Shown in pieces: positions 36,499 to 44,597 of a stretch of DNA of 46,681 bases. Every line of letters starts with the position of its first letter. Within the stretch, counting starts at the first letter, position 1. The translations under genes and the position numbers were made by a program. The notes under the pieces were generated by a model, which saw nothing but the letters and a program-made list of their open reading frames with translations, had not been told where the DNA came from and ran no database searches. The stretch comes from Candidatus Nanoarchaeia archaeon. Its GTDB lineage: Archaea; Nanobdellota; Nanobdellia; Woesearchaeales; SM23-78. The stretch spans positions 1 through 46,681 of the forward strand of contig JBGOZE010000003.1 of NCBI GenBank assembly GCA_041479965.1. Reading direction: 5' to 3'.

Positions 36499-38934
36499 AT
36501 GATCACCAACCTTCTAAAGCCAGGAATGCTGCTGTGGCTCATACCTCTCTTGGCTTTGTTCATATTCCTCTTGTTCAAAGATTTTGTAAATGATATTTTC
36601 AATAACAAAAAAGAGAAGAACAAGTTCAGGATAGTGGTCCTCATCTCAAGAATCCTTATATTCAGCCTGCTAGTGTTTGCTCTTGCCAAGCCTTTCGGAG
36701 AAGTAAGGATAATGACTCCTGGCAATCCTAGGCTGCTCATACTCGTAGACAACACCAGCTCCATGGGCGTGATGAACACTGCATTCCTGCAGGACTTGAA
36801 AGGAGAAATTGAAGAGCAGATGCCTGTGACCATCAAGACCATCGGCTCTGGGACTAGCTCAGACCTGGGCGACAGCATCCTGAGCAACCTGGAGAAGGAC
36901 ACCAACCTATTATTGATATCAGATGGCAATGTGAATGAGGGCACAGAGCTTGGTGATGTGGCTCTTCTCGCTGCCAACCTTAACAGCACCGTGAGCGCCA
37001 TCCAGTTGCAGGACAGGGAGAAAGAAGCAGGAGTGTATGTGCTTGGGCCTGAGAGCGCTGTTGCAGGAGTGAACAGCACCTTCAGGGTACGTGTCATCAG
37101 GTTAGGAGAGCAACAAGTAAATCTGAAAGTCAGAGTGGATAACCAGTTAGTGATTGATGAGATAGCCCAGAAAGATGAGTATGCTATTGATGAGGAGTTT
37201 GGTGAAGGGGACCATAGCATAGTCGCAGAGGTGAGTGCTAGCCAGGATTATTTCCCTGAGAATAATGTCTTCTACAAGGTGGTGAGCGTTGTGAAGAAGC
37301 CCAAGATCCTCCTTGTGGCCAATGCGCCAGACCTTGCTGAGCAGATATTCAATGAGCTCTATGATATCACCAAGCTCAACTACATACCTGACAATGTGAA
37401 TGATTATTATGCCATCATCATCAATGACATGCCTGCTAACATCCAGGGAATCGACAAGCTCGCAGATTATATCGTCGACAAGAAAGGAGGCTACTATGGC
37501 AACGGCCTTTTTGTGATTGGAGGGTTCGACAGCTTTGACAGAGGTGACTACAAAGGCTCTATGCTCGAGACTTACCTGCCAGTGACTGTGGGCAAGGCTG
37601 CCCGCAAGAGAGGCTCAAGCAATATTGTGTTGAGCATCGACTTCTCAGGCACAACAGGAGACAGGTATGAGATAATCAGGGACCCGCAGACAGGCAAGAT
37701 AGTGGACCTGCAAAAAGTCAACTCCAATGTGCAGGACGTGAACAAGGCGCTCGCTGTGAGTGTCATCAAAAGCCTAGGCCCTGACAACAGCGTTGGCGTG
37801 ACTGTGTTCAGCGAGAAGAGCGCAATAGTGCAAGAGATCCTGCCATTGTTCAGGACAAAGGACGAGCTCATGGACAAGATATCGAGGGTCCAGCTGCCAG
37901 GAGGCCAATCATTCTTCCAGATAGGATTGAGCGGGGCCTATGCCCTGATCAAGGACCATGTCGGAGCCAACAACATCATAATCATAACAGACGGAAGCAC
38001 AGGGAGCGATCAGATAAGGCAGGAGACACTCAATGCTGCCAAGACCATAAATTCCCGTGGAGTGAAGATATATGTTGTAGGGACAGGAAGGAATGTGGAT
38101 GAGAACTTCCTGAAAGACATAGCCTACAATGGTGGAGGAGTGTATTTCCCGGCAAGCCAGGAGAACAACCTCAGGATACTTTTCGGAGAGCCAGAGGAGA
38201 GCAAGTTCGGTGAGATATTCGACCTGTTCATCCTCAACCCTTACCACTTCATAACTCAAGGGCTTGACCTTGATGCCAATCTCTATGGATTCAACCAAGT
38301 GATTCCTAAGAGCAGCGCGCAATTGCTAGTAACCACTCAGCACGGAGAGCCTGCTGTGACGGTGTGGAACTATGGGCTCGGAAGAGTCGCAACCTTGAAT
38401 GTTTTCAGTGGCAATAATAATCTAGGAGATTTGCTGAACAAAAGGAATTCTATCTTGCTGACCAGGATTACTAACTGGTGCATAGGAGACCCTCAAAGGA
38501 AAGAGCCTTACTATGTAATCATCCCGGACGCAAGAGTGAATAAGCCAGCAGAGGTGATTGTGAAGAGCGATAAGTATCCTGCTGCAGAGGGCTTGAGCTT
38601 CACCAAGACAGGCGAGAACCAGTACAAGACAGATTTCGCGGTAGGAGAAAAGGGGCTTCACCAAGTGCTCGGCAAGAGCTTTGCTGTGAACTATGAGACG
38701 GAGTACCAGTACCTGGGCATGAGCTCCAGGCTCGAGGACGTAGTCTCTATGAGCGGCGGAAAGTTTTTTAAACCTACTGATGCTGATGCCATTGTAAGTT
38801 TTGTCAAGAGCGTGTCCAAGAGGACCAAGGTTGACAAGACAGTGATTGTCTGGCCTTTCATACTCGCAGCAGCAATCATCTTTTTGATAGAGATTGGAAT
38901 CAGGAAGGTAAGGGAGAAAAGGCTTAATGCTTGA
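36499..38934 (+). CDS. Double-vWA membrane protein with a glutamine-amidotransferase-like domain
   Basis: DNTSSM and DFSGT...ITDG vWA motifs; GLFVIGG..SF..G.Y....LE..LPV; WNYGLGRV; N- and C-terminal TM helices. Confidence 0.82.
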   Translation: MITNLLKPGMLLWLIPLLALFIFLLFKDFVNDIFNNKKEKNKFRIVVLISRILIFSLLVFALAKPFGEVRIMTPGNPRLLILVDNTSSMGVMNTAFLQDLKGEIEEQMPVTIKTIGSGTSSDLGDSILSNLEKDTNLLLISDGNVNEGTELGDVALLAANLNSTVSAIQLQDREKEAGVYVLGPESAVAGVNSTFRVRVIRLGEQQVNLKVRVDNQLVIDEIAQKDEYAIDEEFGEGDHSIVAEVSASQDYFPENNVFYKVVSVVKKPKILLVANAPDLAEQIFNELYDITKLNYIPDNVNDYYAIIINDMPANIQGIDKLADYIVDKKGGYYGNGLFVIGGFDSFDRGDYKGSMLETYLPVTVGKAARKRGSSNIVLSIDFSGTTGDRYEIIRDPQTGKIVDLQKVNSNVQDVNKALAVSVIKSLGPDNSVGVTVFSEKSAIVQEILPLFRTKDELMDKISRVQLPGGQSFFQIGLSGAYALIKDHVGANNIIIITDGSTGSDQIRQETLNAAKTINSRGVKIYVVGTGRNVDENFLKDIAYNGGGVYFPASQENNLRILFGEPEESKFGEIFDLFILNPYHFITQGLDLDANLYGFNQVIPKSSAQLLVTTQHGEPAVTVWNYGLGRVATLNVFSGNNNLGDLLNKRNSILLTRITNWCIGDPQRKEPYYVIIPDARVNKPAEVIVKSDKYPAAEGLSFTKTGENQYKTDFAVGEKGLHQVLGKSFAVNYETEYQYLGMSSRLEDVVSMSGGKFFKPTDADAIVSFVKSVSKRTKVDKTVIVWPFILAAAIIFLIEIGIRKVREKRLNA

Positions 38935-38962
38935 TTAAAAAAAATACGAGAGGTTGATTAGG

Positions 38963-39478
38963 ATGACAAGCTTCATGGGAAAGAAGGTGAACATATTCCT
39001 CTTATTGATGCTGATGCTCGTGCTGATTGGGTTCGGCGGAGTGAGCGTGTATTACCAGTACACTTTCAAGGACCTGAACCAGAGGTTCGACAACGTGAGC
39101 ACCGGGCTCGGCTCATGCGAGCAGACACTTGCGCAGACCAATAATTCATTGACGAGCCTGCGAAGTGAGCTCAACAGCACCACTTCAGACATAAGAAAGT
39201 ACGACACATTGTACGAGCAGAAAGCAGGAGAGCTTGAGCAGAAGAAGACTGAGCTGTCCAGCACCCAGACAGAGCTCAACAGGGTGACCTTGCAGAAAGA
39301 GGTCTACAAGAAGCAGATTGATGAAGCCTATGCCAATATAATCAACTTGAACAGGACCATCACCACCTTGAACATCAGGGTGACTGGATTGGAGAGGAGC
39401 ATCGACAGGCTCAATGACATGGTCACCTGCCTCAGGAACACTGCTGATGCCCAAGAGAATGCTGATTGCATGGACTGA
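38963..39478 (+). CDS. Membrane-anchored coiled-coil protein
   Basis: N-terminal TM helix, about 130-aa heptad repeat, terminal Cys pair. Confidence 0.78.
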   Translation: MTSFMGKKVNIFLLLMLMLVLIGFGGVSVYYQYTFKDLNQRFDNVSTGLGSCEQTLAQTNNSLTSLRSELNSTTSDIRKYDTLYEQKAGELEQKKTELSSTQTELNRVTLQKEVYKKQIDEAYANIINLNRTITTLNIRVTGLERSIDRLNDMVTCLRNTADAQENADCMD

Positions 39479-39496
39479 GCCAAGGGGAGAAAAAAT

Positions 39497-40291
39497 ATGC
39501 CGCCTTTTATCAAGGAATTATTCAATGAAGTGAAGATGGAGATGCTAAAGATAGCTCTCATCAACAGCTTCCTAGATTCCATCATGGTGTTCTTTGTCAT
39601 TTACTTCATCGTGTCATTCTTCAAGAACATAGCCTTTTTGTATGTCGTGCTCATACCTGGCGTTATCACCATCATTTATTTCTTCACCAGCCTGGTGATA
39701 AGCATAAACAAGCTCAGGCTCAAGACCATGGAAGATGCCAATCCGCAGGTGAAGGAGATGCTGAGGACGGCCCATGACAACATGAACTCAGAGAGTATCA
39801 TGAGCATGGCTCTTTTCGCAGAGCTCAAGGGCAAGATGAAGACTGTATCCTCGGGCAATCTTTTGGAGTCAAAAAAAATAATCATCAGGATTGTTAGCGC
39901 AGTCGTCATTGTCTTCCTCATAATATTCGTTTCTTCTTTCAAGCTTCCCAAGATCAACCTTCCTTTTGAGATTCCCAGGTTCATGGGGCAGAATAATAAC
40001 AGGTATGCGCAGACAGAAGGCAACCTTACAGAGCTAGATTTCAACGAGACTGAAGTGATGTATGGTGACCCTAGCATCGCCAAGCTTGGCAATGACCAAA
40101 TCAATCTGAATGTGAATCCTACTCTGAGCGACATAGACTTCAACAATGTGGGAGAAGCAGAGAATGATGAGCTGGCAACCGGAAGCATGCCTCAGGAGAT
40201 AGGAGTCAATGCAGATGCCTTCAACAACCAGCAGCAGCTAGAAGAAGCAGAGCAGGCTGCTAATTATAGTCAAAGGATAAAAGATATTTGA
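39497..40291 (+). CDS. Hypothetical membrane protein of the MoxR/vWA operon
   Basis: 3 TM helices, E..NP...EMLRTA.DN motif, acidic C-terminal region. Confidence 0.78.
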   Translation: MPPFIKELFNEVKMEMLKIALINSFLDSIMVFFVIYFIVSFFKNIAFLYVVLIPGVITIIYFFTSLVISINKLRLKTMEDANPQVKEMLRTAHDNMNSESIMSMALFAELKGKMKTVSSGNLLESKKIIIRIVSAVVIVFLIIFVSSFKLPKINLPFEIPRFMGQNNNRYAQTEGNLTELDFNETEVMYGDPSIAKLGNDQINLNVNPTLSDIDFNNVGEAENDELATGSMPQEIGVNADAFNNQQQLEEAEQAANYSQRIKDI

Positions 40292-40327
40292 CAAGATTTT
40301 AACAAAAAAAAATGTGAGGATGAGAAC

Positions 40328-41290
40328 ATGGCAGGAAAAGAGATTGAGACTATAAAGAACATTGAGAAACTAAAAGACACTTTCAGCAATGTCACCAAGG
40401 AGATCGAGAAGGTCATAGTGGGGCAGGAGGATGTCATAGAGCAGATAATGGTCGCTATCCTGTGCGATGGCAACGCCCTGCTCGAAAGCTACCCCGGGCT
40501 TGGAAAGACCACCATGGTCAAGACCCTAGCCAATGTCCTGGACTTAAAATTCGGCAGGATACAGAACACCCCTGACCTCATGCCCAGCGACATCATCGGG
40601 ACATACGTGATTGAGGAGGACAAAGGCAAGAAGATGTTCAGGTTCCAGAAAGGGCCAATATTCGCCAATATAATACTCGCAGACGAGATCAACAGGGCAA
40701 CACCCAAGACGCAGTCAGCCATGCTCGAGGCAATGCAGGAAAAACAGGTCACAGTAGGCAACCAGACCTTTGAGCTGGAAAGGCCGTTCTTTGTGCTCGC
40801 AACCCAGAACCCGATAGACATGGAAGGAACATATCCGCTGCCAGAAGCCCAGGTAGACAGGTTCTTGCTCAAGATACTGGTGTCATATCCTAAGTTTGAT
40901 GACGAGCTAGAGATAATCAATAGGTACACCAAGTCTGATAAAATCCCTGAAGTCCATACTCTGCTAAGCAAGGAGTCGCTTGTGCTATTGCAGAACCTCG
41001 CAAGGCAGGTGCCGATAGCAGATGACATCAAGAAGAGAGCTCTTGAGATTGTAGCCAAGACCAGGAGCAACAAGGATTTGATTGAGTACGGAGCAAGCCC
41101 GAGAGCAAGCATAGGACTGATACTCGCTGCGAAAGCAAAAGCTTTGATTGATGGAAGGAAATATGTTAGCGCCAAAGACATCGAAGACATGGCCTACCCT
41201 GTTCTTAGGCACAGGATAATCCTTAACTTCAAGGCAGAGAGAGAAGGCAAGACACCTGATGATATCATCAGGCAATTGATGAAAGACTGA
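40328..41290 (+). CDS. moxR: MoxR-family AAA+ ATPase
   Basis: PGLGKT, RIQNTPDLMPSDIIG, ADEINRATPKTQSAMLEAMQE, ATQNP, GASPRA. Confidence 0.95.
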   Translation: MAGKEIETIKNIEKLKDTFSNVTKEIEKVIVGQEDVIEQIMVAILCDGNALLESYPGLGKTTMVKTLANVLDLKFGRIQNTPDLMPSDIIGTYVIEEDKGKKMFRFQKGPIFANIILADEINRATPKTQSAMLEAMQEKQVTVGNQTFELERPFFVLATQNPIDMEGTYPLPEAQVDRFLLKILVSYPKFDDELEIINRYTKSDKIPEVHTLLSKESLVLLQNLARQVPIADDIKKRALEIVAKTRSNKDLIEYGASPRASIGLILAAKAKALIDGRKYVSAKDIEDMAYPVLRHRIILNFKAEREGKTPDDIIRQLMKD

Positions 41291-41293
41291 ACA

Positions 41294-42148
41294 ATGGGAA
41301 TAGACATATCTTTTTTGAAGGAGATAGATAGGTTCAACATAGTCCTGAAGAAAAGAGTATTGTCCAGGTTCCAAGGAGAAAGGGCGAGCCACGCCCAAGG
41401 ACAAGGACTGGTGTTCTCTGACTATAAAGACTATGTTCCTGGAGATGATTTCAGGAGTGTTGATTGGAAAGTTTATGCTCGAACAGACAAGTTCTATATC
41501 AAGCAGTTCGAAGAAGAAAGGAACATGACAGTCCACATCATAGTTGATGCTAGCGCCAGCATGGACTATGGGAAGAGGATTACAAAATTTGATTATGCCA
41601 GCATGATAGGCATGGGATTTGCTTACATGGCTCTCAAGAACAATGAGAAATTCAATTTCTCAACTTTTGCTGAAGGGCTGAATTATCTAAGAGCAAGGAA
41701 AGGATGGAACCAATTGTTGAACATCCTAAGCATACTGGAGAAACTCAAGATCACTGGGAAGTCAGAGTTCAGCAAGAGCTTTGACGAGTACAAGAAGTTT
41801 GTCAGGAGCAAGAGCTTCATAGTCATCATATCAGATTTCTTGTATGACCTTGAAGAGATAAAGGCAGTATTGTCAAGATTCACCAAGCACGAAGTGATTG
41901 TAATCCAAGTACTTGACCCTGATGAGAGAAGATTGCCTTTGTACGGGGACGTGATACTTGAGGATAGCGAGCTGCACCACAGGCTAAGGACTTTCATCAG
42001 CAACAGGTTGCTCAGCAGCTACAGAAACAAGGTAGAAGGCCACATCCACGCGATAAAAGACGTTTGCGAGCACCTAGACCATGACTTCATCAGCGTTACC
42101 ACAGACACGCCCATCTTCGAGACGTTCTACAATGTGCTGAGGACTTAA
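41294..42148 (+). CDS. DUF58 vWA-like protein
   Basis: F.DY..Y.PGDDFRSVDWKVYART, DASASM, ISDF. Confidence 0.92.
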   Translation: MGIDISFLKEIDRFNIVLKKRVLSRFQGERASHAQGQGLVFSDYKDYVPGDDFRSVDWKVYARTDKFYIKQFEEERNMTVHIIVDASASMDYGKRITKFDYASMIGMGFAYMALKNNEKFNFSTFAEGLNYLRARKGWNQLLNILSILEKLKITGKSEFSKSFDEYKKFVRSKSFIVIISDFLYDLEEIKAVLSRFTKHEVIVIQVLDPDERRLPLYGDVILEDSELHHRLRTFISNRLLSSYRNKVEGHIHAIKDVCEHLDHDFISVTTDTPIFETFYNVLRT

Positions 42149-42158
42149 GAAATTCTAT

Positions 42159-42485
42159 CTAATACCTGAACCTTCGCTCATAGTCTTTGTGACTTAACCA
42201 TTCAAGTATAGCTGTTATGAGCTCTACCTCATTATCTGCTGTTATGGTGTACATCAACCTCCATCCTTTAGGCAGGTCGTATTTCCAGAGGTTGTTTATC
42301 CTGTACTTGCGGATATACTCTTTAGGGATGAGCCTCTTAGGGACTTGTACCCCTGAGAATGCATTTTGCTTAAGCTCCTTAACTGCCTTGTTGATGGCTT
42401 TCTTTAAGAAATCATCATCTCTTAGCTGATTATAGCTTTCTTCTAATTCATCATCTATGAAAACTACCTTTGACGCTTTTATCAT
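42159..42485 (-). CDS. RelE/ParE-like toxin (putative)
   Basis: Basic 108-aa protein; NLWKYDLPKGWRLMYT...HKDYERRF; ATGA overlap with the upstream gene. Confidence 0.65.
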   Translation of the reverse strand: MIKASKVVFIDDELEESYNQLRDDDFLKKAINKAVKELKQNAFSGVQVPKRLIPKEYIRKYRINNLWKYDLPKGWRLMYTITADNEVELITAILEWLSHKDYERRFRY

Positions 42486-42748
42486 GTCTTGATCTCCTTT
42501 CTTGCTCTCAGCTTCTTGGCTAGTTCAGGATTCCAGATGTAGGCTATCTTGCCGTGCTTGTCAAAGGCTATCTTGTTAATGCTTTCCAGGTATTCTAACA
42601 CCACGAGATAGGTCTGCCACATCACTTTCTTAGGCAGCTTCTTCCATAGATGCGTCTGGTTGAATTCTCCGCTGTGCCTGTCTATTTCCTTCTCCACCAT
42701 CAATACAGTGCTGAGAGTAGGAGACCTTTCATAGGGGCTTCTATGCAT
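42482..42748 (-). CDS. Winged-helix-like putative antitoxin
   Basis: PTLSTVLMVE...LWKKLPKKVMWQT....LEYLE...KI; leaderless ATG 42748; translationally coupled to the toxin. Confidence 0.6.
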   Translation of the reverse strand: MHRSPYERSPTLSTVLMVEKEIDRHSGEFNQTHLWKKLPKKVMWQTYLVVLEYLESINKIAFDKHGKIAYIWNPELAKKLRARKEIKT

Positions 42749-42757
42749 GAGAATCCG

Positions 42758-42775
42758 ATATATCAATTGATATAT
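42758..42775. promoter_or_regulatory. 18-bp perfect palindrome operator overlapping the TATA box
   Basis: ATATATCAATTGATATAT between the ATG and TATA of the wHTH gene. Confidence 0.6.
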
Positions 42776-42921
42776 AAAGGTTTCGTTCCCGAACAACGCC
42801 ATGAAAAAAAGATTTGGGCTGGATGTTTATATAATGATACTATGAAAAAGCGGAAAGATTACGGAAATTAATAGAGAGGGTATATTAACCAGTTCTCCAA
42901 TCATAAAATTTATAAAGACAT

Positions 42922-42939
42922 TGATATTATTTAATATCA
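42922..42939. promoter_or_regulatory. Palindromic operator downstream of the TATA box
   Basis: TGATATTA-TT-TAATATCA just after TTTATAAA (42909). Confidence 0.55.
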
Positions 42940-42979
42940 TGAGATATCAAGATGGACTTTACCAAGTTCGAATTCTAAA

Positions 42980-43273
42980 ATGAAAAAATGCTCTGAATGC
43001 AAAGGAGAGATGAAGGAGATGAAAGCCAAGACACCCGAAGGGGTGGCGTATGCTTATTATAAATGCTCCAAATGCAGCTATGAGATGGTAGACCTGAAGC
43101 AATTGCATGAAGTGGCGGAGAAGTACAGGGAAATGAAAAGATATCATGCTAAACTGACTCCCTGGGGAAAAAGCCTGGGCTTGAGAATCCCTAAAGAGCT
43201 GGCTGATAAATATAAATTCAAGGATGAGGTTGTGCTGATACCTGAAGACAACGGCATAAGGATAGTTGCTTAA
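42980..43273 (+). CDS. Zn-ribbon plus AbrB/MazE DNA-binding protein (antitoxin-like)
   Basis: CSEC...CSKC; WGKSLGLRIPKELA AbrB motif. Confidence 0.85.
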   Translation: MKKCSECKGEMKEMKAKTPEGVAYAYYKCSKCSYEMVDLKQLHEVAEKYREMKRYHAKLTPWGKSLGLRIPKELADKYKFKDEVVLIPEDNGIRIVA

Positions 43274-43275
43274 TT

Positions 43276-43325
43276 GGAGTTTGAATTGATTTCTTACGAG
43301 GTCTTATCAAACTCATTCTGATTCT
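43276..43325 (+). repeat. About 50-bp hairpin repeat, copy 1
   Basis: GGAGTTTGA..TTGAT.TCTTACGAGG...ATCAAACTC.TTC.GATTCT shared with 44148-44195. Confidence 0.8.
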
Positions 43326-43388
43326 TTCGGAAAAATCACGATTTTTCATGATAGCGTTTTATTAATGAGCTGATAACCTGATTGATTA

Positions 43389-43814
43389 ATGAGCCAGAAG
43401 TACATCATTGACAGCTGCATCTGGAGAGACTTCTATGAGGACAGGGTTAGTGAGTCAGGAAGGCCTCTGGGGAAATATGCTTTTGACTTGTTTATGAAAA
43501 TATTGAAGAGAAATGACATTATTCTTTTCTCAGAAAGTCTGATGTGGGAATTAAGAAAGAGGTACTCTGTGGATGAGATCAATGAGAGGCTCAACTTATT
43601 GAAACATATCGGGACCTTAACCAGAATTGAGATGATTGATTATGAGAATGCTGAGGCATTTAAGCTTTCCGTGACAAGAAATATACCTCGCTTTGACTGC
43701 CTTAATGCGGTGCATGCGAGAAATCATGATGCATTGCTGGTATCACAGGATAAGCACATAATCCATGGGCTTTCGGATATTGCAAAGAGCATCAGGCCCG
43801 AGGAGATCGATTGA
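43389..43814 (+). CDS. vapC: PIN-domain VapC-like ribonuclease toxin
   Basis: YIIDSCIW, E in WELR, FDCLNA, LVSQDKH acidic PIN motif set. Confidence 0.85.
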   Translation: MSQKYIIDSCIWRDFYEDRVSESGRPLGKYAFDLFMKILKRNDIILFSESLMWELRKRYSVDEINERLNLLKHIGTLTRIEMIDYENAEAFKLSVTRNIPRFDCLNAVHARNHDALLVSQDKHIIHGLSDIAKSIRPEEID

Positions 43815-44073
43815 ATCTTCTGTCCAGTTCTGCACCAAATTCCTTGCTCACTTCCCACTTAATCTTTTCATCATCTTCAAGCTTCGTCCTGCCCTTAAGC
43901 TTGCCTCTTAGGCTCAGAAACTTCTCTATGGCTTGTTCCCTAGTAAGATTTGAGAGCTTGTCCCTCACAGCTTCCCTGATGAACTCAGTCCTGGAGTTGA
44001 AGTTATGCTCTATTATCGACTGGTCAATCTTCTTCAAGATGTCTTCCTGAAAACGAATTGTTATTCCTTCCAT
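43792..44073 (-). CDS. CopG/ribbon-helix-helix antitoxin-like regulator
   Basis: ITIRF....LKKID......FNSRTEFIREAVR. Confidence 0.85.
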   Translation of the reverse strand: MEGITIRFQEDILKKIDQSIIEHNFNSRTEFIREAVRDKLSNLTREQAIEKFLSLRGKLKGRTKLEDDEKIKWEVSKEFGAELDRRFNRSPRA

Positions 44074-44074
44074 C

Positions 44075-44099
44075 GTAATCTAATGTAATACGATGTAAT
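44075..44099. promoter_or_regulatory. Three GTAAT direct repeats at 10-bp period between the RHH ATG and TATA
   Basis: GTAAT at 44075, 44085 and 44095; TATA TTTATAAA at 44099-44106. Confidence 0.6.
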
Positions 44100-44147
44100 T
44101 TATAAAGATTGCCATTGGAAAGACGGAAGGATTACGGAAGATTAGCA

Positions 44148-44195
44148 GGAGTTTGAGGTTGATGTCTTACGAGGAATCAAACTCTTTCAGATTCT
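44148..44195 (+). repeat. About 50-bp hairpin repeat, copy 2
   Basis: Direct-orientation match to 43276-43325; GAGTTTGA/TCAAACTC stem. Confidence 0.8.
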
Positions 44196-44206
44196 GAATG
44201 AAAAGC

Positions 44207-44471
44207 TTATTTTGATAATGGATGCTTGTAAGCTACGAAATAATAAATAGTAGCTATAATCCCGCTAAGAAACCCTGTGAAGAAGCAGAAGATGAACAAG
44301 ACAATCCAGAGAATGTCACGCCTCTTTACTGCATCAATGAACATGAAAAGCCAGAATCCGAAACAAAAATTAGCTAATTTTTGATTAAAAAATTTACAAT
44401 TTTTTATAGCTAATAATCAAAAGAATAATAATAACCGCTCCAAGACCCAGAATCCAACCCAACAAGCTCAT
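44207..44471 (-). pseudogene. Disrupted small membrane protein (PLDc_N-like)
   Basis: MSLLGWILGLGAVIIILLII and LANFCFGFWLFMFIDAVKRRDILWIVLFIF...IYYFV are in different frames, separated by AT-rich palindromes. Confidence 0.55.
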
Positions 44472-44597
44472 GACAATACTTAATAGAAAAGAGTATATGA
44501 ATGTTGGTGAAAGAACAATGAAACGGGAGTCAGGGAGAACGGAACGAACGAAAATTCACAGAACATTTAAATAGAAAAACGCACATCATCTAATCAA

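Noticed and set aside
43276-44195. CRISPR array or integron attC sites
   Set aside because: Only two copies about 870 bp apart, no spacer periodicity, no RYYYAAC/GTTRRRY ends, and no cas or intI gene in the window
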